A DNA stretch of 64,000 nt. It comes from Elusimicrobiota bacterium. GTDB lineage: Bacteria; Elusimicrobiota; Elusimicrobia; Elusimicrobiales; UBA9959. The DNA is taken from NCBI GenBank assembly GCA_003482905.1, contig DMXM01000003.1:5285-69284 (forward strand), in the 5' to 3' direction. Position 1 is the first letter of the stretch, and each line of letters starts with the position of its first letter. The notes below the pieces were generated by a model, which was not told the origin of the DNA, did not search any database, and was given only the letters and a program-made list of their open reading frames with translations. The position numbers and the translations under genes were made by a program. Of this stretch, positions 12,136-21,337 are shown piece after piece.

Positions 12136-12233
12136 ATATTCTCCTGGGTTCCGTTTTAACTACCCTTATAATCTACAAAAAGCGGATAAAGGCCGCTTAA
12201 AGCCCGTGTAAAATGTATGTAAAAACGGGCGGG

Positions 12234-13448
12234 CTATTTGGGGACTGTAAACCAGAAAACGGAGCCGCGGCCCCCGGCGCTGTCCACGCCTACGGAGCCG
12301 CCGTGCAGCTCCACCAGGTGCTTAACTATGGAAAGCCCCAGCCCCGTGCCGCCCAGCTCGCGCGAGCGCGCCTTGTCCACGCGGTAGAACCGCTCGAAAA
12401 TGCGCGGCAGATGCGCGGCCGGGATACCGGCGCCGGTATCCTCCACCGAGACCTTCGCGCAGGAGCCTTCATCGGCCGCCGCTATCTTTATTTCCCCGCC
12501 CTCGCGGTTGTACTTGGCGGCGTTGTCCAGCAGGTTTATCAACACCTGGGAAAGGCGGTCCCTGTCGGCGTTTACCGCGAAGCCGGCCGGGACCAGGTTT
12601 ACAACGGAGATCTTCTTTTTCGCCAGGATGGCGGCCAGCCCGCCGCCGAGATCGTCCACCAGCGGCTTCAGCTCCACCTGGGTCTTCTCAAGCTGGGCCC
12701 GGCCCGATTCGGCGTAGGAGATCTTAAGCAGGTCGTTTACCAGGTTGTCGAGGCGCACGGCCTGTTCGTGTATGCTGCGGGCGAACTGCGGCCCGTGCTC
12801 CCGGTCCTCGAGCGCCCCGTTAAGCAGGGTTTCGGCGCAGCCCCTTATGGCGGTAAGCGGGGTTTTCAGTTCGTGCGAGACGTTCGCCACAAAATCCCGC
12901 CGCATGGCCTCCAGCCTGCTCGGGCCCGTTATATCCCTGGCCACCAGCACGCAGCCGCGCACCGCACCGTCCTCCACTATGGGGGAAGCGCTGACGCTTA
13001 AGACCGTGCCGGGGGCGGCGGCCGGCTCTATTTCGAAAGAGACCGGGCGGCCGCTGGAAAGGGCCTTGATGGCCGCCGAGGACAGTTCCGGCCCGGCCGG
13101 CATGCCGGACAGGCGCATGCCCTCGGCGTCGAAGCCCGCCGCGCCCATAAGCTGGCGCGCGCGGGGGTTCAGGCGCGTTATAACGCCGGCCCCGTCGGTG
13201 ACCAGGATGGCCTCGGACATGTCGCGGAAGGCGGCCTCCAGTTCCAGGCGGCGCAGTTCCGCGTCGCGCATTTTCGCGCCTATCTCGCCCGCCATGAAGT
13301 TGAGGGTTTCGGAAAGCTTTTTCAGTTCGCCCGACGAGCCCACGGGGATGCGGTAGCCGAAATCCCCCGCGGCGAAGCGCTTGGAGCCGGTTATTATTTC
13401 ACCGAACTGCCCGCCGACCAGCAGTTTAAGCGTGGAGAATATATTCAT
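12234..13448 (-). CDS. sensor histidine kinase, PhoR-like (HAMP remnant-PAS-HisKA-HATPase); no transmembrane segment
   Basis: H-box FVANVSHELKTPLTAIRG, N-box NLLDNAAKYN, and G-boxes VEDTGAGIP and GGTGLGLSIV. ATGA start/stop overlap with the upstream response regulator. Confidence 0.9.
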   Translation of the reverse strand: MNIFSTLKLLVGGQFGEIITGSKRFAAGDFGYRIPVGSSGELKKLSETLNFMAGEIGAKMRDAELRRLELEAAFRDMSEAILVTDGAGVITRLNPRARQLMGAAGFDAEGMRLSGMPAGPELSSAAIKALSSGRPVSFEIEPAAAPGTVLSVSASPIVEDGAVRGCVLVARDITGPSRLEAMRRDFVANVSHELKTPLTAIRGCAETLLNGALEDREHGPQFARSIHEQAVRLDNLVNDLLKISYAESGRAQLEKTQVELKPLVDDLGGGLAAILAKKKISVVNLVPAGFAVNADRDRLSQVLINLLDNAAKYNREGGEIKIAAADEGSCAKVSVEDTGAGIPAAHLPRIFERFYRVDKARSRELGGTGLGLSIVKHLVELHGGSVGVDSAGGRGSVFWFTVPK

Positions 13449-14140
13449 TTCTTTCCGGCTTCGAACCGGTAGCCGTAGTTCTTCACCGTCACTATCCGGC
13501 GCCCTTCCGCCCCGAGTTTTTTGCGCAGCGTCCCTATGTGCACGTCCACGGTGCGGGTCTCCACTTCCAGGGAGGCGTCCAGGCCCCAGACTTTTTCCAG
13601 CAGGGCCTCGCGCGACAGCATTTTTTCCCCGGCGGTCATCAGGGCCTTTAAAAGCTCGAATTCCCGGGAGGTGAGGTCCGCGGGCCTGCCTTTTACCAGC
13701 GCCAGCACGCGGGAGCAGTCCAGCTCCAGGTCGCCGGCGCGGTACACTTCCAGAACTTCGCCCAGCAGCGCCGACCGCCGCAGCACGGCTTTCACCCTGG
13801 ATAGCAGCTCCTTGATACCGAAAGGCTTGGTCACATAATCGTCCGCGCCCATCTCCAGCCCCACCACCTTGTCGGCCTCTTCGCCCTTGGCGGTAAGCAT
13901 TATTATAGGGATGGCGGCGGTCTTGGCGTCGACCCTGATACGGCGGCAGACCTCCAGGCCGTCCAGGCCCGGCAGCATAAGGTCCAATATTATCAGGGCG
14001 GGGCGCTCTTTGGCGGCCAGCAGCGCGGCCGAGGCCCCCTCATGCGCCAGCACGGTGCGGTAACCCTCTTTTTTAAGGTTATAGTCCAGCATCCTGGCTA
14101 TATCCTTCTCGTCCTCCACTATAAGGATCTTCTCGTCCAT
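13445..14140 (-). CDS. OmpR/PhoB-family response regulator
   Basis: Receiver domain ILIVEDEKDIARML...LIILDLMLPGLDG...TAKG, plus the winged-helix C-terminus LTSREFELLKAL...VDVHIGTLRKKL...VKNYGYRF. Confidence 0.92.
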   Translation of the reverse strand: MDEKILIVEDEKDIARMLDYNLKKEGYRTVLAHEGASAALLAAKERPALIILDLMLPGLDGLEVCRRIRVDAKTAAIPIIMLTAKGEEADKVVGLEMGADDYVTKPFGIKELLSRVKAVLRRSALLGEVLEVYRAGDLELDCSRVLALVKGRPADLTSREFELLKALMTAGEKMLSREALLEKVWGLDASLEVETRTVDVHIGTLRKKLGAEGRRIVTVKNYGYRFEAGKK

Positions 14141-14245
14141 TGTGGATATGATAGCAAACCTAAAAGTAAGCCGGCGCAGCCTGAGTTGTAAGCCGGCAAT
14201 AATTAATGGTATGAATACCCTAGGTTAGAGAGGTTAGGGGGACAC

Positions 14246-14641
14246 ATGACCTATTCAGGCAGACGCATACTTATTGTGGAAGACGAGCCTATTGTGGCGA
14301 GACTGGTGGCAAAGATATTGGAAGGCCACAACGCGCATATTTCCACCTCCGCCACCATAAAGGAAACCGAGGCCCTGCTAAGCAAAGAAACCTTCGATAT
14401 AATAATCCTGGACCGGATCCTTCCCGACGGCGACGGGGTGCGGATATTCCGGAAACTGAGGTCCTCGCCGGACCTCCGGCTTATCCCGGTGCTGATCCTT
14501 AGCGGGAAAGACCGGCTGGCGGACCAGGCCGACGGGCTGGACCTGGGCGCGGACGATTATATGACCAAGCCCTTCTCCCTGGTGGAACTGAAGGCCCGCG
14601 TGGAGGCCCTTCTCCGCCGGGCCGGGAAGTTCGTCCATTGA
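14246..14641 (+). CDS. single-domain (CheY-like) response regulator
   Basis: ILIVEDEPIVARL...DIIILDRILPDGDG...LILSGK...DDYMTKPFSLVELKARV. There is no output domain. Confidence 0.85.
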   Translation: MTYSGRRILIVEDEPIVARLVAKILEGHNAHISTSATIKETEALLSKETFDIIILDRILPDGDGVRIFRKLRSSPDLRLIPVLILSGKDRLADQADGLDLGADDYMTKPFSLVELKARVEALLRRAGKFVH

Positions 14642-14689
14642 CGCCGGCGGGCCGCGGGCCCGCGCCGCCGTGGCCTCCCCGATTTTTAT

Positions 14690-14695
14690 TATAAT
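14690..14695 (+). promoter_or_regulatory. -10 box TATAAT, 6 nt upstream of the tilS ATG (leaderless-type arrangement)
   Basis: The sequence is gatttttatTATAATtccactATG. No Shine-Dalgarno is possible in the 6-nt gap. Confidence 0.5.
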
Positions 14696-14701
14696 TCCAC
14701 T

Positions 14702-15448
14702 ATGATCTCAAAAAGGGCGGCCACGATGAGCCTGTGGAACAAGGTGATGGCGCACGCGCGGGCGCACAAGCTGTTCACCGACGGAGACGCCATACTGCTG
14801 GCCGTGTCCGGCGGGCCGGATTCGGTGGCGATGCTGGATTTTTTCGCCGCGCAGGCGCGCGGCCACCGCCTGACGCTCTATGTCTGCCATATCAACCACA
14901 AGCTCAGGGGTAAATTGGCGGACTTGGACGCCGCCTTCGTTAAAAAGCTGGGGGCGCAATACGGCCTGGAGACCTTCATCCTGTCGGCGGACGTCAAGAA
15001 ACTAGCCAGGAAGTCCGGGACCAGCATAGAGCACGCCGCCCGCAACGCCCGCTACCGCCTGCTGTCTGAGGTAGCCTTAAAGAAAAAATGCGCCCTGGTG
15101 GCGACGGCGCACCACTCGGACGACCAGGCTGAAACGATATTATTGAACCTGCTCAGGGGGACCGAACCGAAGGGCCTGCTGGGCATACCCGTAAAACGCG
15201 CACTCTGCGGCGGGAAGCCGCGCGTAGAACTGATAAGGCCCATGTTGGCGGTTTCCAGGCACGACATAGAGGCTTACATTAAAGCCAATGCCCTGCCGTC
15301 CAGGAAAGACCACACCAACGACGACGAATATTACACCCGCAACTGGATACGCAAAACCCTGCTGCCGCTGATGCTCAGGAAGCAGCCCCGCCTGCGCGAG
15401 CACCTGGCGGAGCTGTCCGGCAAACTCTCTCTTATCCTGAAGAACTAA
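14702..15448 (+). CDS. tilS: tRNA(Ile)-lysidine synthetase, short form (PP-loop domain only)
   Basis: PP-loop LLAVSGGPDSVAML, then HINHKLRG and ATAHHSDDQAETILLNLLRG. At 248 aa it lacks the long C-terminal domain of E. coli-type TilS. Confidence 0.8.
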   Translation: MISKRAATMSLWNKVMAHARAHKLFTDGDAILLAVSGGPDSVAMLDFFAAQARGHRLTLYVCHINHKLRGKLADLDAAFVKKLGAQYGLETFILSADVKKLARKSGTSIEHAARNARYRLLSEVALKKKCALVATAHHSDDQAETILLNLLRGTEPKGLLGIPVKRALCGGKPRVELIRPMLAVSRHDIEAYIKANALPSRKDHTNDDEYYTRNWIRKTLLPLMLRKQPRLREHLAELSGKLSLILKN

Positions 15449-15472
15449 ACCCTTCGCCGGAAGGGTCGGATG

Positions 15473-16201
15473 CTAACCGCGGGCCTCTTCTATCAGCGCG
15501 GCCGGGTAGCCTATGGGGAGAACCTTGATCTCCCCCGTATTCGGCCGGGCGTGGGCGGCCATAAGGCCGGTCTTGGCGAAACCCAGCGTCAGGGTCAACC
15601 GGGCTATAATAAATACGCCGCTGTGGTGGCCGGTATCGGGGCTGAGGCCGCTCGGCAAATCCACGGCTATTATCGGCCGGCCGCTTTTGTTCATTAACTG
15701 GATGACGCGGTGTACCGGCCCGGTAGGTTTGCCGACGGCGCTGACGCCCAGCAGCGCGTCAAGCAGCAGGTCGGCCGAAGCGAAAGCGGCGGACAGTTTC
15801 TCCAGGTCCTCTTTTTGGGTCAGCTCCACTGGCACTCCGGCCTCTTTAGCGGCCTGGAGATTCTTAACCACCAGCTCCCCGTAGCCGGTCTCTTTTGGCG
15901 GCAGTATAAAAACTTTGACGGCGACGCCGGCCTGCTTTATATACCGGGCGGCCACCAAGCCGTCCCCGCCGTTATTCCCCTTGCCGCAGCAGACAACTAC
16001 GGAAAGCGCTGACGACTGTTTGCCGATTTCCCCCGCCGCGAATTTAAGAGCCGCCTCGGCCACGGCGCGGCCTGCGTTCTCCATCAGGGTCCCGGAGGCA
16101 ACGCCGTATTCCTGCGACGCTTTCTTATCCAAATATTTCATTTTCTCGGCGGTAACCACCGGGAGGCCGTCGAATTCTTTAACCTGCGGGATCTTGGACA
16201 T
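15473..16201 (-). CDS. nnrE: NAD(P)H-hydrate epimerase (YjeF N-terminal domain only)
   Basis: [11 protein letters not shown]...[21 protein letters not shown]-like motif...VDLPSGL. The internal ATG at 16201 ([10 protein letters not shown]) removes an R/A-rich artefactual extension. Confidence 0.85.
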   Translation of the reverse strand: [242 protein letters not shown]

Positions 16202-16212
16202 ATTTCTTGCGG

Positions 16213-16764
16213 TTACACTATCAGCCAGACCAGCCAGACCATGCCGTAAAAGAAGCCGGCGAAGAACAGCGCCGTCAGCCCGGCGTAAGGCAGCCAGACC
16301 GCCAGCAGGGCTTTGTTGGCCGAAACCGCATAAAGCCGGCGCACCAGGCGCACGCGGGCGTAAATGAGCGCCAGAACGCACAGGCAGAACCAGAGAAAAG
16401 CGTTGAGCACTTTGACTCCGGCAAAAAAGCCCAGCGGCACCAGCAGCGTCAGCAGGAAATCGGTGCAGCCGAAAGCCAGGAACAGCCTGGCCGCGCCGCC
16501 CGGCCTTTCCGCCCCGGTAAGGTCCATAAAGAGGTGCATGATAGCGGCGAACAGGAAATTAGCCGCGAGCACCAGCGCGAATACCGCCAGGAAGGACAGC
16601 ACGCCAGGGGGAACGGCCTCCTGCATACGCAGGAAAGTAAAAAGCCCCAGCGTGCCGGCAAAATAACCCAGCAGACCGGCGCGCCCCAGGCCTTCCGGCC
16701 TTTCGGGCCCGGTCAGCGTCCCGGGGCGGTCTATCAGCGCTTCAAGAGTTTTAAAAGGGTCCAT
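16213..16764 (-). CDS. polytopic membrane protein (Yip1-like), function unknown
   Basis: About five hydrophobic helices (LLGYFAGTLGLFTFL, VLSFLAVFALVLAANFLFAAIM, ...). The ATG at 16764 lies 1 nt after the sppA stop. Confidence 0.5.
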   Translation of the reverse strand: MDPFKTLEALIDRPGTLTGPERPEGLGRAGLLGYFAGTLGLFTFLRMQEAVPPGVLSFLAVFALVLAANFLFAAIMHLFMDLTGAERPGGAARLFLAFGCTDFLLTLLVPLGFFAGVKVLNAFLWFCLCVLALIYARVRLVRRLYAVSANKALLAVWLPYAGLTALFFAGFFYGMVWLVWLIV

Positions 16765-16765
16765 A

Positions 16766-17803
16766 TCAGCGCCCATACCAGCGGTACTCCAGGCTTGGCG
16801 CGGAGTCCAGCGCGTCCACAACGGCCTTGGTCCCGAAGAATTGCAGTTTGCTGTCCATCAGGGACATCAACTGTTCGAAGGGGGCCGCGTCCCGTATCAC
16901 GCGCGGGTTCTTGCCTATGCCGCCCATTTCGCCGGCGGCGTCCAGCGCGTCCTGCAGGTCGCCCAGCTTGTCCACCAGGCCCAGCTCCACGGCCTGCCTG
17001 CCCGTGTATATGCGGCCGTCGGCCAGCGTCTTGGTCTTCTCCACCGTCATCTTGCGGCCCTCGGCCACCGCCGCCACGAACTGCTCGTAAGAATCGTCTA
17101 TCATGCCCTGCAGCAGCTTGCGCTCGTCGGCGGTCATCTCGCGCATGGGCGAGCCTATATCCTTGAACCTGCCGGACTTGATGGCCTCGTTCCTGAAGCC
17201 GACTTTCTTCATCAGGCCCTCCAGGTTGGTCACGCTGAATATGACGCCGATGGAACCGGTTATGGTGCCGGGCTGCGCCATCACCAGGTCGCAGGCGGAA
17301 GCCACATAGTAGCCGCCGCTGGCCGAAACCTCGCCGAAACGGGCGATAAAAGGCTTCCTGGTGCCGGCCTTGGCGCGCTTTATGGCGGAGTAGATCTCCT
17401 GCACGGCGCCCACGGAGCCGCCGGGGGTGTTTATATCCAGCACCACGGCCTTTACGTCCTTGTCGGCGGCCAGGGAAGCTATCTTCTTGGCTATCTGCTG
17501 GCTGCCGCGCTCCCAGGCCCGGCTGGAACTGCCCTGCGATATGGCCCCGTAGATCTCCACCAGGCCCACGGCGTGCTTTTTAGCCTGCCCGAGGGCGGCC
17601 AGTTTGGAGATGTCCATATCTTTAGTCCTGGTTTTTTTGACGGCGTCGGCCTTGCCGATAAGGACGAAAGCCGCCACGATGGAAACCGCGTAAAGCACGG
17701 CTATTATTTTAAGCCAGAAGCCCGTGCCGCGGGCGGCCACGGACGGAGCCGGCGCAGGTTTTACCGCTTGATCAACCGCTTCGCTGTTGCCCTGTTCTTC
17801 CAT
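16766..17803 (-). CDS. sppA: signal peptide peptidase SppA, 36K type
   Basis: VVLDINTPGGSVGAVQEIY...SGGYYVASACDLVMAQPGTITGSIGV...GRIYTGRQAVELGLVD, with an N-terminal membrane anchor. Confidence 0.9.
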   Translation of the reverse strand: MEEQGNSEAVDQAVKPAPAPSVAARGTGFWLKIIAVLYAVSIVAAFVLIGKADAVKKTRTKDMDISKLAALGQAKKHAVGLVEIYGAISQGSSSRAWERGSQQIAKKIASLAADKDVKAVVLDINTPGGSVGAVQEIYSAIKRAKAGTRKPFIARFGEVSASGGYYVASACDLVMAQPGTITGSIGVIFSVTNLEGLMKKVGFRNEAIKSGRFKDIGSPMREMTADERKLLQGMIDDSYEQFVAAVAEGRKMTVEKTKTLADGRIYTGRQAVELGLVDKLGDLQDALDAAGEMGGIGKNPRVIRDAAPFEQLMSLMDSKLQFFGTKAVVDALDSAPSLEYRWYGR

Positions 17804-17838
17804 TAGTCCTCCGGACTTAAATAAAAATCACCGCGCTA

Positions 17839-19083
17839 TTAAAATTTGCCGGCCTCAACCACGCGGTTGCGGCCGCCTTCTTTGGCGGCGTACAGCGCCT
17901 TGTCGGCCGCGGCCACCAGTTCCTCCGGCCCGCGCCCGTCCCTGGGGAAATGCGCTATGCCTATGGAAACCGTAAGCCGCACTTTCTCCAGCCCCTGGGA
18001 AAAGACCTCGGCCTCTATGCGGGCCCGCACGGACTCGGCCTTGCGCAGCAGACCGGCGGAATCGGCGCGCGGCAGCACTATGCCGAACTCCTCGCCCCCG
18101 TAGCGCCCGACGAAGTCGGTCTCGTAGACGCCGGCCTTGAGCAGCTGCGCCACCCTTTTGAGCACCGCGTCGCCGAATTGGTGGCCGTAGGTATCGTTGA
18201 GGCGCTTGAAATGGTCTATATCGGCTATCATGAAGCCCATCGTCGTCTTGAAGGCGGAGGCGCGGCGCATCTCCTCGCGTATTTTCTCGTCCAGGGCGTT
18301 ACGGCGCCACAGGCCGGTCAGCCCGTCCGTAAGGGACAGCCATTCCACCTGGCGGAAGAGCATGACGCGTTTAAGCGCGAACGAAATTTCGGAGGTGAAC
18401 CTGGCCGCGCCTTCCACGGCTTCCGGGGCCAGGCGCAGCACCAGCAGGCCCAGCGGTTCCCCCGCCGGGGCCACGGGCGCCAACACCAGGCCGGAGACGG
18501 CCAGCGTCTCCCGCGGGAAGCCGCCCGCCGTCACCAGCTCCGCCAGGGACGGCAGGGCGGAGCCTTTGGCCCCCTGCGCGAAAAGCTCCATATCCATGAC
18601 GCCGCCGGAGTTGCCGGCCAGATAAAGCGCGGCTTCCTCGGTGTCGAAATAGTCGGTCAGGTACTTGCCCAGCTGCTTGGCCGCGCTTTGCGGCTCCACG
18701 GTTTCGGAAAGAAGTTTTACCGCCGAATAAATGGCCAGGGATTTCTTTTCACCGGCCGCGTTAAGCATGGTCTCCCGCTTGATGCCGGCCAGTTCAGCTT
18801 CCAGCGCGCCGGCTTTCCTGCGCGCGGCTTCCACGGCCGGGTTTACCGCCGCGTCCGTATAATGCCCGTTAAGCAGCACGGAGTGGGCCAGGGCGGCCGC
18901 CACCCACAGCGCCAGCGCCGCGAAAGGGGCGCCCGCTGAGATCTCCCCCGCCAGCATGAATGAACAGAAAACAAAGAACAGCAGGCCGGCGGCCAGGCCC
19001 GCCCAGCGGTTAATACGCCCTAAAAAGTAGGAGAGGACCGGGGCGGCGGCCGCGGCGGCTATCCAGAGTTCCGGCCTGTTCAT
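17839..19083 (-). CDS. membrane-anchored diguanylate cyclase (GGDEF)
   Basis: N-terminal TM helices and the C-terminus DIDHFKRLNDTYGHQFGDAVL...RYGGEEFGIVLP. Confidence 0.9.
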   Translation of the reverse strand: MNRPELWIAAAAAAPVLSYFLGRINRWAGLAAGLLFFVFCSFMLAGEISAGAPFAALALWVAAALAHSVLLNGHYTDAAVNPAVEAARRKAGALEAELAGIKRETMLNAAGEKKSLAIYSAVKLLSETVEPQSAAKQLGKYLTDYFDTEEAALYLAGNSGGVMDMELFAQGAKGSALPSLAELVTAGGFPRETLAVSGLVLAPVAPAGEPLGLLVLRLAPEAVEGAARFTSEISFALKRVMLFRQVEWLSLTDGLTGLWRRNALDEKIREEMRRASAFKTTMGFMIADIDHFKRLNDTYGHQFGDAVLKRVAQLLKAGVYETDFVGRYGGEEFGIVLPRADSAGLLRKAESVRARIEAEVFSQGLEKVRLTVSIGIAHFPRDGRGPEELVAAADKALYAAKEGGRNRVVEAGKF

Positions 19084-20426
19084 TCCAGCACCACCCTGTT
19101 GCGCCCGCCCTCTTTGGCCTTGTAAAGACGCTCGTCGGAAGCGCGCACCAGCTGGCTGGCCGCCGCGCCCTCCGACGGGAACTCGGCCACGCCGAAGCTG
19201 GCCGTAACGCGCGAGGGCCGGCCGCCGAAATTGAAGGCCCTGGCCTCCAGCGTCCGGCGCAGGTTTTCGGCCACGGCGGCCGCCTGCGCCTTGTCCGCCC
19301 CGGTTATCACCAGCGCAAACTCCTCCCCGCCGTAGCGGGAGACAAAATCTATGTCGCGCACGCCGCCGGCGAACACCTCGGCCACGGCCTTAAGCACCGT
19401 GTCCCCCGCTTGGTGGCCGAAGTTGTCGTTGTAGGATTTAAAATGGTCGATGTCGGCCATTATCACCGAGAAAGGCACCTTGGAGCGGGCCGCGCGCAGT
19501 ATCTCTTCCTCCACCCTGCCCTGGAAAGCCCGGTGCGTGTAAAGGCCGGTGAGCCCGTCCTTTATGGCCAGCTCCTTCACCTTGTCGAAGAGGTAGATGT
19601 TCTCCATGCTGACCCCGGCCAGCGTGCAGGCGAGCTCGGCGCCGCGCAGGTCTTCGGATTTAAAACGGTCCGGCTCCGAAGCCGCGGCGCGCACAAAGCC
19701 GACCAGCCGCCCGAACAGGTACAGCGGCAGCGCCATGAAAGAGCGCTCGGCCGGCCCGAAGAAACCGCGGTTAAAGCGGCTGTCCGCGTCGGAGTTGCGC
19801 ACCAGCAGCGGGATCTTCCGCTCCGCCACCCAGTTATCGGCAAAATCGCGCGGGGCGCCGGTGCGCAGTTCCACGGAGGCGCCGGGGAAATATTCGCGCA
19901 GCAGGGTTTCCAGCCGGCCGCGCACCTCGTCGGGAGTCGAGGCGGAGCCCATGTCGTGGATGGCGGCCGCCAGGGCGCCCTTGTCCCTTATGCGGGCCAG
20001 GGTACTGTCGAGGTGCAGGCGGTAGCGGGCCAGTTCGTCCTCCAGATTCTTCACTTTTTCCGCGGCCTCCTCCTCCTCCGCTTCAAGGCGCTGGCGCGCG
20101 GCGATGCACGCAGTCTCGAAGTGGGACAAGGCGTAGAAAAGCAGCCAGAGGGAAATGGTTTCGGCTATGGCGCCCGCCGTCAGGAATAGGGAATCGCCTT
20201 CCGGGGAAAGCTTGGGCATTATGAACCCGGCCGCGGTGACCAGGAAAAGGAAAATGTATTTAACCTCGCGTTCCCCAGACCAGGAGAACCACAGGAACAG
20301 CGCCCCGCTGGCCGGGTAAACCCAGAGAAAATGGGACGGCCACAGCCAGATAGACCAGCCGACGGCAAGCAGTATAGCCGCCGGAACGGCAACCTTGGTA
20401 AAAGCGTTAGGCCGCGTCATGCTCAA
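19080..20426 (-). CDS. membrane-anchored diguanylate cyclase with a GAF-like sensor (GGDEF)
   Basis: DIDHFKSYNDNFGHQAGDTVL...RYGGEEFALVITG. It overlaps the next GGDEF gene by 4 nt. Confidence 0.9.
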   Translation of the reverse strand: MSMTRPNAFTKVAVPAAILLAVGWSIWLWPSHFLWVYPASGALFLWFSWSGEREVKYIFLFLVTAAGFIMPKLSPEGDSLFLTAGAIAETISLWLLFYALSHFETACIAARQRLEAEEEEAAEKVKNLEDELARYRLHLDSTLARIRDKGALAAAIHDMGSASTPDEVRGRLETLLREYFPGASVELRTGAPRDFADNWVAERKIPLLVRNSDADSRFNRGFFGPAERSFMALPLYLFGRLVGFVRAAASEPDRFKSEDLRGAELACTLAGVSMENIYLFDKVKELAIKDGLTGLYTHRAFQGRVEEEILRAARSKVPFSVIMADIDHFKSYNDNFGHQAGDTVLKAVAEVFAGGVRDIDFVSRYGGEEFALVITGADKAQAAAVAENLRRTLEARAFNFGGRPSRVTASFGVAEFPSEGAAASQLVRASDERLYKAKEGGRNRVVLE

Positions 20427-20515
20427 ATTTTACAATAAATACGGGTATACATACGGGAAGCGGCGTGAATCGTGTGCTCGCCATTATATAGGCCTATACT
20501 AACTACGCGGTTATA

Positions 20516-21337
20516 TTATCGTAGACCCGCCGCCTTCAGCAGATAAGCGACTTTTTCGTAGGCGTCGCGCTGGAGCATGTCGCGCTGCTCGCCGGGGGGC
20601 AGTTCCTCGAAGTCCGCCGCCATTTTGGGGCCGATGTACTTTTCGGAGGCGAATTTCTCCGCCATTTTAAGGAAACCTTCCCTGACCAGCTTATTGGATG
20701 CGTGTTTTTTTATCTCCGCCGCCAGCACATCAAGGCCGCCGGGGTAATTGTTGAGGCAGTAATAAATATCCCAGGCGTCTTTTGCTTTCAGGCGGCTGTG
20801 CAAAGCCATCCCCTTCATAACCAGGAACGGCACAATGGAGGCGACTCTCACCATTACGCTGTCTTTGCCGCCATCCGGCAATTCGCCATCCACTTTGACC
20901 TCCGTGAACATCGAGAAAGCAAGATCGCAGGCGCGGGCCTTCCTGGCCTTTATGTCCTGCACAGTCTGATGACGCCGTGCTTTGGCGGAGCCGCCGTATT
21001 CCCCGGACAAAAAGTCCACTTCAACCGAAAAAGCCTGCCCTTCCATTTTTATCGCCCGCCTAAACACATAAGGGCGCTGCTCATCCGGGGAATAGCCGCG
21101 CCCGAGAAGCAGCTTCCCTATCTTCGCATAGGCTGCGCTTGTGATGGCTTTATGATCCAGGGCCAGGTCAACGTCCGTACTGCCTACATGCGCACCAGGG
21201 CCCAGAAGCAGCGGCGGAACCCAGCCGCCTATCAGCACAATGCCGTCATGATATTCGCCCAGAAGATGCGACAGCTCTATCAGGACGCTTTTAGCAGCCC
21301 TCACCATGACCTCGTTATAGTCTTTCCTGCTTACCAT
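20516..21337 (-). CDS. nucleotidyltransferase-fold protein, AbiEii/AbiGii-like toxin candidate
   Basis: Pol-beta NTase signature LIGGWVPPLLLGPGAHVGSTDVDLALD (hGG...DxD). About 270 aa. It overlaps the upstream AbiEi-like gene by 7 nt. Confidence 0.6.
   Translation of the reverse strand: MVSRKDYNEVMVRAAKSVLIELSHLLGEYHDGIVLIGGWVPPLLLGPGAHVGSTDVDLALDHKAITSAAYAKIGKLLLGRGYSPDEQRPYVFRRAIKMEGQAFSVEVDFLSGEYGGSAKARRHQTVQDIKARKARACDLAFSMFTEVKVDGELPDGGKDSVMVRVASIVPFLVMKGMALHSRLKAKDAWDIYYCLNNYPGGLDVLAAEIKKHASNKLVREGFLKMAEKFASEKYIGPKMAADFEELPPGEQRDMLQRDAYEKVAYLLKAAGLR

Noticed and set aside
16207-17166. A 319-aa plus-strand ORF, and other R/P/A-rich ORFs such as 925..1281, 930..1316 and 37303..37959.
   Set aside because: They have extreme Arg/Pro/Ala composition and overlap well-supported genes (sppA, the membrane protein, the SDR gene, pdxA) on the other strand or in another frame.
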